Below, in pieces: positions 1 through 8,143 of a stretch of DNA of 64,000 bases; position 1 is the first letter of the stretch, and every line of letters begins with the position of its first letter. Under the pieces are notes generated by a model, which worked only from the letters and a program-made list of their open reading frames with translations, did no database searches and had not been told where the DNA came from. Made by a program: the position numbers and the translations under genes. The stretch is from IMG/VR virus record IMGVR_UViG_3300045973_000434, positions 1 through 64,000 of that record; one strand, given 5' to 3'. The stretch comes from a virus.

Positions 1-215
1 TGTTGTAATGCTTCGGCCTTACGAACTTCAATCTCACAAAGTTGAATCACTTCTGCACTTGCACCCTGTTTTTTCGCTGCCCAGCGAGCTGCATATTCTG
101 CAGCTTTACTGGCAACATCCATCATAATTGAAGGACTAGCAAACCCAATGTTAAGGTTTGTTTTAATGAGGTCAAAAGTTTCTGCGTTTTGAAATTTCCT
201 TACGCTATTTTCCAT
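1..215 (-). CDS. hypothetical protein, N-terminal 71 codons only (gene runs off left edge)
   Basis: ATG at 215..213 opens a minus-strand frame (MENSVRKFQNAETFDLIK...) with no stop down to position 1. It is missing from the ORF track because it is truncated. Confidence 0.45.
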   Translation of the reverse strand, partial: MENSVRKFQNAETFDLIKTNLNIGFASPSIMMDVASKAAEYAARWAAKKQGASAEVIQLCEIEVRKAEALQ

Positions 216-276
216 TTTTTTGATTTAAATGATTATTTGATTTTAGAACTACAATGCAACGATTCTTTGTACAGAA

Positions 277-633
277 TTATTTCCTTACGATTGTACATTC
301 TTCAACAAGTTTCATGATCACCTCTGCTTCAAGAGCGCTTTCATCAAACAATTGAGTTTCATCATTCATGATATAGATCTCACCTGCATAATCTAAGACT
401 TGTTGTCTCATATAAAACAATGCAAGTTGTCTCTTTGGGTCCTTGTTTGTATTAACTCTTACCAAATGTTTGATAGAGTTAATAATATCCGGGTTAATAA
501 TAGCAGATTTCTTGACAAATATTCTCTGAAGTACTTCAGAAACATTATTCTCAGTTACGAGAAGTTGTGCTTTAGGTGCTACTATCACCTTTTTATCCGG
601 CGTACTGTGTACGTTTATGATTGTCTTTTCCAT
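277..633 (-). CDS. hypothetical protein (118 aa)
   Basis: ATG-initiated ORF in the co-oriented leftward array. Its start overlaps the stop of the upstream gene by 1 nt (TAATG). Confidence 0.55.
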   Translation of the reverse strand: MEKTIINVHSTPDKKVIVAPKAQLLVTENNVSEVLQRIFVKKSAIINPDIINSIKHLVRVNTNKDPKRQLALFYMRQQVLDYAGEIYIMNDETQLFDESALEAEVIMKLVEECTIVRK

Positions 634-1139
634 TATTTATTTTTTTTGATTGGTTGTTTGTGTATTTCGAGATTTTGATTCACGAGTATTCTTAAGAAAC
701 GCAAGCCTTTGCTTGTTTTATTAAGTGTCTTAGCATACTGATATTCCTTTTTTGATTTGTCGGACATCTGTGCATATTGACGATTAGTAATACGATATGT
801 AACAGCTTGTTTTTGCTTATATACATATATATAATTACTTGGTGTTAGCTTATGAAACTGAAAGCTTTTAACATGATTTACTACATATTGTTGTAGTAGT
901 AAAACTCTATACCTTTTTGCATAACCTCTGTACAATAGAACTTCTGCATATTGTGGTTTTTTAGTAACCCAATCAGGTATTATACTTATAATTGTACCGA
1001 TTCCATCAGGTGTAACAACAGTCACACCCTCTCTTAAATCGATTACAGCCACAGTATGTATAAAGCCATCATATTCAATTCTGTTTGCTGGTACAACAGG
1101 TCTTATCCTGTTGATTATAGTTAAGATAAAATTTCCCAT
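633..1139 (-). CDS. hypothetical protein (168 aa)
   Basis: ATG ORF, tightly packed with its neighbours. Confidence 0.6.
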   Translation of the reverse strand: MGNFILTIINRIRPVVPANRIEYDGFIHTVAVIDLREGVTVVTPDGIGTIISIIPDWVTKKPQYAEVLLYRGYAKRYRVLLLQQYVVNHVKSFQFHKLTPSNYIYVYKQKQAVTYRITNRQYAQMSDKSKKEYQYAKTLNKTSKGLRFLRILVNQNLEIHKQPIKKNK

Positions 1140-1258
1140 CTCTTCATTCTTTTTAATTGTTTGATGGTATAACCTTTTCTTTCCAACGTATTACTGATGA
1201 AATCACCTTCAATATCAGTATTAGTGTTGTCCTTCCAATAAATTCTGAATTTATTCAT
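1121..1258 (-). CDS. small hypothetical protein (45 aa), below ORF-track cutoff
   Basis: Hand translation gives MNKFRIYWKDNTNTDIEGDFISNTLERKGYTIKQLKRMKRWEILS. The ATG overlaps the stop of the 1258..1590 gene (TAATG). The ORF fills an otherwise empty gap. Confidence 0.3.
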   Translation of the reverse strand: MNKFRIYWKDNTNTDIEGDFISNTLERKGYTIKQLKRMKRWEILS

Positions 1259-1590
1259 TAGTCTTTTGGTATATTAATGTATAATTCTTTGTTAATCATT
1301 GTCATCCTTGTACCATTACGTACAAGCCCTTTAGAGCGATCTATGCATTCTAATGGTATACGAATATCACATTGACCAGCACATATCATTCTACAAATGA
1401 TAGTGGGTTTAGGTGATTCACCAGTAGTGTATACAAGATTTATAGCGAGTATCATTACTTGTTGGCCACGAAATCTATCCATTTCTGGCATAAATCTCAC
1501 ACCGTTATTCTTTTTAAAGATATCCCGAAAGTTACCTTTTAAGTAAACCTTATCCCCAGGTTCTACTTTCATTTTAGTTGTTTTTCCCAT
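1258..1590 (-). CDS. hypothetical protein (110 aa)
   Basis: ATG ORF in the leftward array. Confidence 0.55.
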   Translation of the reverse strand: MGKTTKMKVEPGDKVYLKGNFRDIFKKNNGVRFMPEMDRFRGQQVMILAINLVYTTGESPKPTIICRMICAGQCDIRIPLECIDRSKGLVRNGTRMTMINKELYINIPKD

Positions 1591-1697
1591 ATATATATTT
1601 AGTTAATAAAATGAAAAAAGGGCCTAATCATGTTTAGCATCGATTTTAACATCGACTACATTTTCGAGCCCTTTACACCTCATGGCACAGTGTGTTT

Positions 1698-1892
1698 TTA
1701 TTTCTTTGGTTTGTTAAACAAGCCTATTATCTGAAATGCTAATAGTGAGATAATAGTAATTATTACAACTACTACTATCATACCTACTATTATTTCAGTT
1801 AATAATTTATTGTCTTCAACAAATCTACATATAAATATTATAACTAGTAGATATAGTATTAACAAACCCATGCCTTTAAAAATGTCTTTCAT
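1698..1892 (-). CDS. small membrane protein (64 aa, two hydrophobic helices)
   Basis: The sequence GLLILYLLVIIFICRF ... IIVGMIVVVVIITIISLLAFQIIGLF is almost entirely hydrophobic. Confidence 0.55.
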   Translation of the reverse strand: MKDIFKGMGLLILYLLVIIFICRFVEDNKLLTEIIVGMIVVVVIITIISLLAFQIIGLFNKPKK

Positions 1893-2006
1893 ATCATTAA
1901 CTTTATGAGAAAACTAAACTCATTTCTTCTAAATCGTGCCATTTAGTTTTTCAGTTGTTTGATAGTTTGTAGTCAGCATATCCCTATGCACTACCCATTT
2001 CAGGTA

Positions 2007-2231
2007 TCATATTTTTCCGTGATATCGATCATCATCAGTACGTATTAATAAGCGTAAGCTCTCTATCATATGTTCATGATGTTCTTTAGTCACACCTTCT
2101 TCAAGTGGACAGTATTTAGGAAAGTTCTCATCATTCTTAGGAATACATGATTTTATATGATTTGGTTCATAAAAACATATATTTTTAAAATTATGAGCAC
2201 ATTCACTTGGTGTTCTTATTAATTTACTCAT
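2007..2231 (-). CDS. hypothetical Cys/His-containing protein (74 aa)
   Basis: ATG ORF with scattered Cys residues and an HHEH cluster. Confidence 0.5.
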   Translation of the reverse strand: MSKLIRTPSECAHNFKNICFYEPNHIKSCIPKNDENFPKYCPLEEGVTKEHHEHMIESLRLLIRTDDDRYHGKI

Positions 2232-2317
2232 TAGCTAATTATTATATATATAACAACTACTATGAGTATAATCACTAATACAATAGTGTATTCAATAAGT
2301 TTTTGAAGTCTTGTCAT
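2231..2317 (-). CDS. 28-aa single-pass membrane peptide (below ORF-track cutoff)
   Basis: Hand translation gives MTRLQKLIEYTIVLVIILIVVVIYIIIS. Its TAA overlaps the ATG of the downstream gene by 1 nt (TAATG). Confidence 0.4.
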   Translation of the reverse strand: MTRLQKLIEYTIVLVIILIVVVIYIIIS

Positions 2318-2390
2318 TTAATATCCTCCAGATATTAGATTAATAATAAAGAGGACAAATAGTAACAAGTACTAGATGTCCTCATAAATC

Positions 2391-2594
2391 TTACAAGTTA
2401 ATACGAATCCACGGTGGATGCCAGAGTCCAGTAACTATCAGGATAATCCAGATAATCACTAATACTACAACAACAGCATTGAATATTCTACGAACATCAG
2501 CTGTTTTAGCATCGACCCATAGATAGCTGTTGATTAACCACAACAATATTGCAGTTGCAGCTAATACACACAAAACTAGAACTAAAGGGGTCAT
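2391..2594 (-). CDS. small membrane protein (67 aa, two TM helices)
   Basis: Hydrophobic stretches LVLVLCVLAATAILLWLI and VVVVLVIIWIILIVTGLW. Confidence 0.55.
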   Translation of the reverse strand: MTPLVLVLCVLAATAILLWLINSYLWVDAKTADVRRIFNAVVVVLVIIWIILIVTGLWHPPWIRINL

Positions 2595-2634
2595 ACTATT
2601 TTGATTAGTGTTACGGCACTAGTACCGCCAAATG

Positions 2635-2997
2635 TTAATTACCATTTGGAACTGTACCCTTTGGTGGTACATTCCGCCTTTTTGTACAATCTACGTAACA
2701 ATCATCCCCTTTTGAGTTGAGATAATACATACGAAAACGATTATACTGTTCTTTTTTTGCTGGTGTAGAAAGAACCCATGTTTCCCATTCTTTACCTGGA
2801 TGTAATACAACGGGTAAAGGTCGTTGTTTGTTGATCTGTTTCTTAATTTTAGCATCATATCCTATACTTCTGAAACTTACGTCCCTGATAATAATAGGAG
2901 ATTTGCTATCATTTCTCACATTTAAAAATAAATGTGGCGTCTGCTTTGGATCTTCTGTGAAGACAGCAGAGTGAACACGGAATTTGATTTTCTTCAT
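2635..2997 (-). CDS. hypothetical protein (120 aa from first ATG)
   Basis: The track ORF 2635..3048 starts at a TTG. The first ATG (2997) removes the overlap with the upstream gene. A promoter-motif copy lies about 110 nt upstream of that ATG. Confidence 0.55.
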   Translation of the reverse strand: MKKIKFRVHSAVFTEDPKQTPHLFLNVRNDSKSPIIIRDVSFRSIGYDAKIKKQINKQRPLPVVLHPGKEWETWVLSTPAKKEQYNRFRMYYLNSKGDDCYVDCTKRRNVPPKGTVPNGN

Positions 2998-3014
2998 TTT
3001 TTGATTGTATTTAG

Positions 3015-3224
3015 TTAAATGGTGATTTCTTTTATATCTGTGCCACAAATACCTGTATCATAAGGATCTAATTGTAGTTCCTTACCATTTATAACTATTC
3101 TATCAAATAAACGTACTCCGTTTTTGAGCGTTACATTAACTACATGAAAACCTAAACCTGATTCAGGTATATTTTCAAGTTGTTTGACAAATTTGTCTGG
3201 TAATAATACTGTAAATCTTTCCAT
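3015..3224 (-). CDS. hypothetical protein (69 aa)
   Basis: ATG ORF preceded by an intergenic region. Confidence 0.5.
   Translation of the reverse strand: MERFTVLLPDKFVKQLENIPESGLGFHVVNVTLKNGVRLFDRIVINGKELQLDPYDTGICGTDIKEITI
3108..3135 (-). promoter_or_regulatory. minus-strand copy of the TGTAAC-N16-CGTTTA promoter-like motif
   Basis: The plus strand reads TAAACG-N16-GTTACA, an exact reverse complement of the motif with exact 16-nt spacing. It lies inside the 69-aa ORF, upstream of 2635..2997. Confidence 0.45.
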
Positions 3225-3290
3225 GAGGCTATGTGATTAAAGTTGCTAAAAACAAAAAAAATGTTCTACGCTATTTACATTTAATAAAAT

Positions 3291-3326
3291 GAATATCCCA
3301 GGCTTCGTTAAGTTTCTGGGATATTC
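3291..3326 (-). terminator. intrinsic terminator after the 287-aa gene
   Basis: 11-bp perfect inverted repeat GAATATCCCAG / CTGGGATATTC with a 14-nt loop. On the minus strand it is followed by AUUUUAUU, and it lies 27 nt past the stop codon. Confidence 0.6.
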
Positions 3327-3352
3327 TATCTCAACTGGAAATCAAGATATTT

Positions 3353-4216
3353 TTATTCAATGTTTGTGTTTTCTTCTTCAATCTCTGCAGCTGTTTTGAG
3401 GATTACTCCCTGGTCATCAACAAGATCTCCATCTTCATTGATTTCACCAACAGGTGCATTAATTTCCGGATCTTTCACTGTTACTTCTTTGCTGTTACCT
3501 TTTTCAGTTACTGTTGTTACAGTTTCTTTAAGGTATGGCTTGACGTGTTTCTCATACTGACGTGCACAAACTTCAAGAAGTTTATCCAGATCATCGTCAT
3601 CAGCGAAGAATTCATAATAACCAATGATAACAGCTTTTGGTGAATATTTACCGGTCTTTGGGTCAAGTGTTGTAGCTGTTAATGGTACAAGCTTACCCTG
3701 TTTGTTCATACTGTGTGGTTGATACAACGGTGTGTTGAAACCAACTTTTAAACCCCATACAGTATCCATGAGTTTAATCATTGGCCTTTTCTGACTGTCA
3801 AAACCGGCTTTTTTGTAACCACCCTGTTCGTTGATTACTTTACCGTCTTTGTCTGTCATATCACCCATTTCAATACCTTCTCTTATATAATTATAAAGAT
3901 CAGGCTGTGAATTGAGGAATATAACACTTGTTTTGGCTTTCTTTGGGCCTTTGAATGATCTCCTGCCTTCTGCATTTACTGTTATTGAACCAAGTGGTTT
4001 AAATGCGGCATGAATAAAATCCTGTACACCAATTTTAGCTGCTATTGCAGCTGCATTTGGGCTTGATTTGAGCTGATAGACTATTTCAGTCTTTGTTGCA
4101 TCATCAGCTTTCTTTTGTCTTCTTCCAACTACGAACATTTCATGTTCTTTACTTGGTTGACGCATGCCGAATAATTCAGCATTCATCTGTACTAAAATTT
4201 CTTTGTTTGTAGGCAT
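3353..4216 (-). CDS. hypothetical protein (287 aa) with acidic C-terminal tail; possible ssDNA-binding protein
   Basis: The track ORF begins at TTG 4297; the first ATG is at 4216 (MPTNKEILVQ...). It is the longest gene of the left arm. The acidic tail (DGDLVDDQG...AEIEEENTNIE) resembles phage SSB tails. The function is a guess. Confidence 0.6.
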   Translation of the reverse strand: MPTNKEILVQMNAELFGMRQPSKEHEMFVVGRRQKKADDATKTEIVYQLKSSPNAAAIAAKIGVQDFIHAAFKPLGSITVNAEGRRSFKGPKKAKTSVIFLNSQPDLYNYIREGIEMGDMTDKDGKVINEQGGYKKAGFDSQKRPMIKLMDTVWGLKVGFNTPLYQPHSMNKQGKLVPLTATTLDPKTGKYSPKAVIIGYYEFFADDDDLDKLLEVCARQYEKHVKPYLKETVTTVTEKGNSKEVTVKDPEINAPVGEINEDGDLVDDQGVILKTAAEIEEENTNIE

Positions 4217-5052
4217 TTCTTTTGATTTTTTAGTGTGTGTATAAAAATTATTTAGTCTTTGTGCAAGTGTGCATGTTAAAAGGGGATTCTCATACAATGT
4301 GATAGTTGAATTAATTGCGCTAAAGAAATTATGAATTTAAACCTATCGTTATGTGAAAGAACGCGTATTTAAATCCCCTTTATGACTGATTTACTGGATG
4401 TCTTCGCTAACCATGTGCTTCATGTGCTATTGACTATTAAACGGCTTCTAACCATCAAGGCTGACCACGTTCCAGTAAACCATTTGTAGACTATGCTGGT
4501 GTTGATCCAGCATTACGGTGAGTTTTAGGGCTTAATTGCTTTTGCTCACATAAACTAGCCTCCTACGTGCTAATAGTCTGATACCAATGTTCTTTATAAG
4601 GAGTCTTTACACTGGACTCAAGCTGTATATAACGTTCAGCGTCGTATTGTTCTTATCTCCTTTTATATATTGTTTATGCAATACATAAAATTAATGCTAC
4701 ATAACGTGTATAAATACACAGCACTATACCTGTTTATGCAACTTATGTTCATTGCTTTATCAGGATTATTGCGTTATAGCGTGCAATCAGCTGTTGAATA
4801 TGTTCCGCCTACCAACTGGCGAGAAGATCCATGTCTGCATTTAGGATCTAATAATTTGATTTAGAGATATCAATGTAGTCATCCATTGATGGTAAGAACA
4901 AGTTGTGGGTAGAGACAGTTACGAGCTGCCATACAGCCTATCTCACGACAGTCTGCGTATTTACATAGCTTATACGATCCCCCTGCCATTAAAATGGGTT
5001 TTCTTCATGTCTGTGCTTAGTAAGATTTGACAATTAAAATTCCCAATGTGGT
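4217..5052. other. 836-nt ORF-free gap with raised GC, hairpins and short direct repeats
   Basis: There is no minus-strand ORF of 60 aa or more. AAAGGGGATT (4280-4289) pairs with AATCCCCTTT (4371-4380). ATGCTGG/CCAGCAT forms a hairpin near 4492-4512. TGTTTATGCAA occurs at 4671 and 4731, exactly 60 bp apart. Confidence 0.5.
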
Positions 5053-5265
5053 TTATTTGTTATATTTTGTAAAGAGCTCGTCTTCACAATCAATGCAAAA
5101 GCCTGTCTTTGTATTGACATTTTTCAATGTCTTACACAGTTTGCATCTTAATACTGTTGCTATTACTATTCTTGGATGTTCTATCCTTGCATTTATTAGT
5201 GCAATGTGTGCATCTGACATATGTGATGGATGACCAATGATAGCTATTTTTGTTTTAATACCCAT
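5053..5265 (-). CDS. small zinc-ribbon-like protein (70 aa)
   Basis: CKLC ... CIDC cysteine pairs. Confidence 0.5.
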   Translation of the reverse strand: MGIKTKIAIIGHPSHMSDAHIALINARIEHPRIVIATVLRCKLCKTLKNVNTKTGFCIDCEDELFTKYNK

Positions 5266-5266
5266 G

Positions 5267-5665
5267 TTATGGTCTACCTAATAGTGTAACAACAATATTA
5301 CAAGAATCACCACATTGTTCTTTCTTATAGGTGTGTGGTACACCATGTGCGCATGCTCTACAGATAGATAATTTATCATTGAATACATCACATGCAACTG
5401 AATGCGTATGTTTGTATTCTTTATCATCTATGAGCTTAACTCTTTCTTTATGTATATTAACATCAATATCAACATCTTGTGGTTTGGCGTTGAAATTAAC
5501 TGCTCTCATCACTAAGAATAGAAATGTTAACATACATGTTGAGCCAATTATTATCCAAATAGCATTGAGTGGCTCAAATACAACTAATGCTGCTACCATA
5601 AAAATGATAGTCCATAACATACTGAGTATGAAACAGACTTTTTCAAAGATGTTCAAGTTTTTCAT
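5267..5665 (-). CDS. membrane protein with Cys/His-rich C-terminal domain (132 aa)
   Basis: Two N-terminal hydrophobic helices, then a C...C..C..H..H...C...C pattern. Confidence 0.6.
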   Translation of the reverse strand: MKNLNIFEKVCFILSMLWTIIFMVAALVVFEPLNAIWIIIGSTCMLTFLFLVMRAVNFNAKPQDVDIDVNIHKERVKLIDDKEYKHTHSVACDVFNDKLSICRACAHGVPHTYKKEQCGDSCNIVVTLLGRP

Positions 5666-5704
5666 TGTACTACTATTTTTGATTTAGTTAATTTAAATGT
5701 CAAA

Positions 5705-5770
5705 TAAATATCTCACATCAGTTATTATACATACTATGTTGTGATGTACTGCCTATATGTGAGATATTTA
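5705..5770 (-). terminator. long stem-loop, probable terminator or regulatory hairpin
   Basis: 14-bp perfect inverted repeat (TAAATATCTCACAT / ATGTGAGATATTTA) enclosing 38 nt. It is followed on the minus strand by AUUUAUUU and lies between the genes ending at 5782 and starting at 5665. Confidence 0.55.
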
Positions 5771-5781
5771 ATGCTAGTTGT

Positions 5782-6060
5782 TTAGGGTTTTACCGGTTTT
5801 CTTTGTCTACCATGTATAAACATCCAATTGTTATTGGTGTCATTGAATGATGAACATTTCATAACATATGAACAGTTATATGATTTGTACATATACTTAT
5901 TCTTTGTTAATTCATGTTTATCAGCCATATCATGGCGTGTTCTGTAGTCCTTGTTATACAAGGTTGCTTTAGTTGAGGCACATGACATCAAGCCTGTAAT
6001 TAATACAAATGCAGTTAATATCAATATGAATATTAAACCTGCTGGTGATCTCTTTCTCAT
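5782..6060 (-). CDS. predicted lipoprotein (92 aa)
   Basis: N-terminus MRKRSPAGLIFILILTAFVLITGLMS|C has a basic n-region, a hydrophobic core and a lipobox-like LMSC. Confidence 0.6.
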   Translation of the reverse strand: MRKRSPAGLIFILILTAFVLITGLMSCASTKATLYNKDYRTRHDMADKHELTKNKYMYKSYNCSYVMKCSSFNDTNNNWMFIHGRQRKPVKP

Positions 6061-6062
6061 AG

Positions 6063-6437
6063 TTATACTTTATTACTTATCCTTACTTGTGTGTAATATC
6101 TACATCTAAATGAATTATATAAATGTAGTCTGCACATTTGATTAGTGCAAGAGTAACATAATGATTGTTCATCCATCTTTCTAACAGGCATTTCTTCTAT
6201 ATATGATATTGGTTCTGATTTAATACCATTATATTTAGTGATTGCTAAATGTAGTTCATCACTTGTATAGACTGTCTTATTATGTTTCTGAACAAAGTAT
6301 GATGTGTGAGTAGTCACTGAAAATCGTTTAACAGTTATTGTATGTTTAACAAATAATCGTTTATGATCTTCAGAAGAACTAGCAAGTAACACTGTTGTAT
6401 CACCTGCTAGTTGTTGTGCTAAGATTATATGTGCCAT
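6063..6437 (-). CDS. hypothetical protein (124 aa)
   Basis: ATG ORF; its start overlaps the stop of the upstream gene by 1 nt. Confidence 0.55.
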   Translation of the reverse strand: MAHIILAQQLAGDTTVLLASSSEDHKRLFVKHTITVKRFSVTTHTSYFVQKHNKTVYTSDELHLAITKYNGIKSEPISYIEEMPVRKMDEQSLCYSCTNQMCRLHLYNSFRCRYYTQVRISNKV

Positions 6438-6676
6438 TATTGTCTGGACATATCACATTTCTTCATTAAACCAGTTGCTAACCATATTGTCTTCTCTGGT
6501 TCAGTTGCATTGGTGAATGATATTACTTCAACCTTGATTAGTTTACAAGGCATAATAACATTTAATTGTCCTTTTACAACATTTGCTTTTTGACTGAGCA
6601 TATCACATGCTTTAATAAAACTATTCTGTTCACCACTACTGATAGTAATGAACAATGATCCTTTAATACTTTTCAT
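6437..6676 (-). CDS. hypothetical protein (79 aa)
   Basis: ATG ORF preceded by the conserved leader AATTCAACTGGAA. Confidence 0.5.
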   Translation of the reverse strand: MKSIKGSLFITISSGEQNSFIKACDMLSQKANVVKGQLNVIMPCKLIKVEVISFTNATEPEKTIWLATGLMKKCDMSRQ

Positions 6677-6693
6677 TTTCCAGTTGAATTAGT

Positions 6694-7113
6694 TTATATT
6701 ATTTTAAATTGATATTTTCCTTCTATTATTTTTGTTTCAATGTTAGGATTATCTTTTATCCAATTCCATGCAGCTATTCTAGCATCTTCTTTACTATTTA
6801 ATTGATATGCTTTAGCTTTTAATCTAGCTTCGATTAATATACGTGTTGCAAGTTTCTTTGATGGTGGTTTTTTACTTACCCATTCAATAGAATATTTATT
6901 ATGTCCTTCACCTGTTATTCTTTGAACATCAATTATATTCCATTCTTTTAGAATAATACTGATTTCAGGTATGTAAAACATTTTAAATCTTTTAGCAAGT
7001 GTACTAAAACCAACATTTATCTTTGTGTTTAGATAAGTGGCTTTGTGTATAAAGATCATAAATTGTAACAATCTCCATACATTTTCTTGTTCTTTGGTTT
7101 TGATTGTTTTCAT
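6694..7113 (-). CDS. hypothetical protein (139 aa)
   Basis: ATG ORF with an ATGA overlap to the upstream small ORF. Confidence 0.55.
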   Translation of the reverse strand: MKTIKTKEQENVWRLLQFMIFIHKATYLNTKINVGFSTLAKRFKMFYIPEISIILKEWNIIDVQRITGEGHNKYSIEWVSKKPPSKKLATRILIEARLKAKAYQLNSKEDARIAAWNWIKDNPNIETKIIEGKYQFKII

Positions 7114-7268
7114 TTGGTTAATTCATATTGATGTATTTGTTTACTTCTTCTGATATCACCAATGATTGTAACAGTTATGCAATAAGCTAATGCTACTATC
7201 AAGAATATAATTATAAATAACCATAGTTTATCATCCATGCTTTGCTTGGGTGTCATTCTTTGTTTCAT
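7110..7268 (-). CDS. 52-aa single-pass membrane protein (below ORF-track cutoff)
   Basis: Hand translation gives MKQRMTPKQSMDDKLWLFIIIFLIVALAYCITVTIIGDIRRSKQIHQYELTK. Its TGA overlaps the ATG of 6694..7113 (ATGA). Confidence 0.45.
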   Translation of the reverse strand: MKQRMTPKQSMDDKLWLFIIIFLIVALAYCITVTIIGDIRRSKQIHQYELTK

Positions 7269-7349
7269 TATATGTGTGTATTTGATTAGTTTAATAACAA
7301 AAGCTATTTGGTAGTATGTAAGTGTTATAAAGGTTATAGCAAAAGAGGC

Positions 7350-7586
7350 TTATTCAGCCCCTATTAACCAATCAAATCCATCAGGTGATCTCCATGTTAT
7401 TGGTCTCTTGACATCAGCAGCTATTGTGCCTACTGCAAGCTTCTCATCTGAGTGACTAAAGATACATCTCTTTACTTTCAATTTGCCTACCATCTCATTG
7501 ATTGATAAGGTTATGACATATTTACTAGTTGGTTTCTTTGAACCATGTTTCGTAGCCAATTGGCATTTTTTAACGATTAATTTCAT
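7350..7586 (-). CDS. hypothetical protein (78 aa), first gene of the leftward arm
   Basis: ATG ORF preceded by the same AATTCAACTGGAA leader as the gene at 6676. Confidence 0.5.
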   Translation of the reverse strand: MKLIVKKCQLATKHGSKKPTSKYVITLSINEMVGKLKVKRCIFSHSDEKLAVGTIAADVKRPITWRSPDGFDWLIGAE

Positions 7587-7611
7587 TTCCAGTTGAATTT
7601 AAGTTTTGGGT

Positions 7612-7706
7612 CATTGACGGAGTACCCTTCCCGCGTAAGCGGGTCGCGGGTGGTTTGATTGGGGTGGTACCCGTTCTCTACAATATAAAAAAAATAAAGG
7701 CCGGGG
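7612..7706. other. GC-rich structured island at the divergence point of the two arms
   Basis: By eye it is well over 50% GC in a background of roughly one-third GC. CCCGC-GTAA-GCGGG forms a hairpin (7630-7643). A mutually exclusive pairing CCCGCG/CGCGGG (7630-35/7645-50) is also possible. GTACCC is directly repeated. Confidence 0.5.
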
Positions 7707-7734
7707 TGTAACATTTAAGTACCTAGTACGTATA
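7707..7734 (+). promoter_or_regulatory. promoter-like motif TGTAAC-N16-CGTATA (copy a)
   Basis: Exact hexamers with exact 16-nt spacer, 35 nt upstream of the ATG at 7770. Confidence 0.6.
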
Positions 7735-7769
7735 CGGGTCTTTTAGTATGAACGTAATAAGTAAATAGA

Positions 7770-8084
7770 ATGTATGCAATTAAGATAGTAAGTGGTTCTA
7801 CTACATATTTATATGAGGCAGAAGAACTAAGTTATAAGGCAGTAATGTGCGAGGGATCTGAAGAGTTTTACTCAGACATGGATAATGACGGTAATGAGTT
7901 TATAATTGGAGATGTTCCAGATAATAAATTTGAGTACTGTAAGATGTATTTAAATGATTCATTTGAACGTAATGGGTATAAGGTGTTTTATATAATGCCA
8001 GAAGCATGGGTTTATATAATGCAGAATGGTAGAACAATTGAACCTTTACAAGTTCATAAGTTTAAGGAGAGTGTTGAAGTTTAA
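7770..8084 (+). CDS. hypothetical acidic protein (104 aa)
   Basis: ATG ORF, first gene of the rightward arm. Confidence 0.55.
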   Translation: MYAIKIVSGSTTYLYEAEELSYKAVMCEGSEEFYSDMDNDGNEFIIGDVPDNKFEYCKMYLNDSFERNGYKVFYIMPEAWVYIMQNGRTIEPLQVHKFKESVEV

Positions 8085-8115
8085 GCCACAACACCTGTAT
8101 ATATTTGTACATACA

Positions 8116-8143
8116 TGTAACTATTGTATATGGTACACGTTTA
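8116..8143 (+). promoter_or_regulatory. promoter-like motif TGTAAC-N16-CGTTTA (copy b)
   Basis: Exact spacing. It lies inside the TTG-initiated N-terminal extension of track ORF 8105..8596, which argues that the extension is not translated. Confidence 0.55.

Noticed and set aside
4280-4380. A possible tRNA. An 8-10-bp terminal stem (AAAGGGGATT/AATCCCCTTT) resembles an acceptor stem. I also looked for tRNA or tmRNA in 10286-10676.
   Set aside because: The enclosed ~80 nt lack a T-arm with a TTCRA loop, a D-arm or cloverleaf spacing, and the total length (~100 nt) is wrong. No GGTTCGA-type box is present in either non-coding region.
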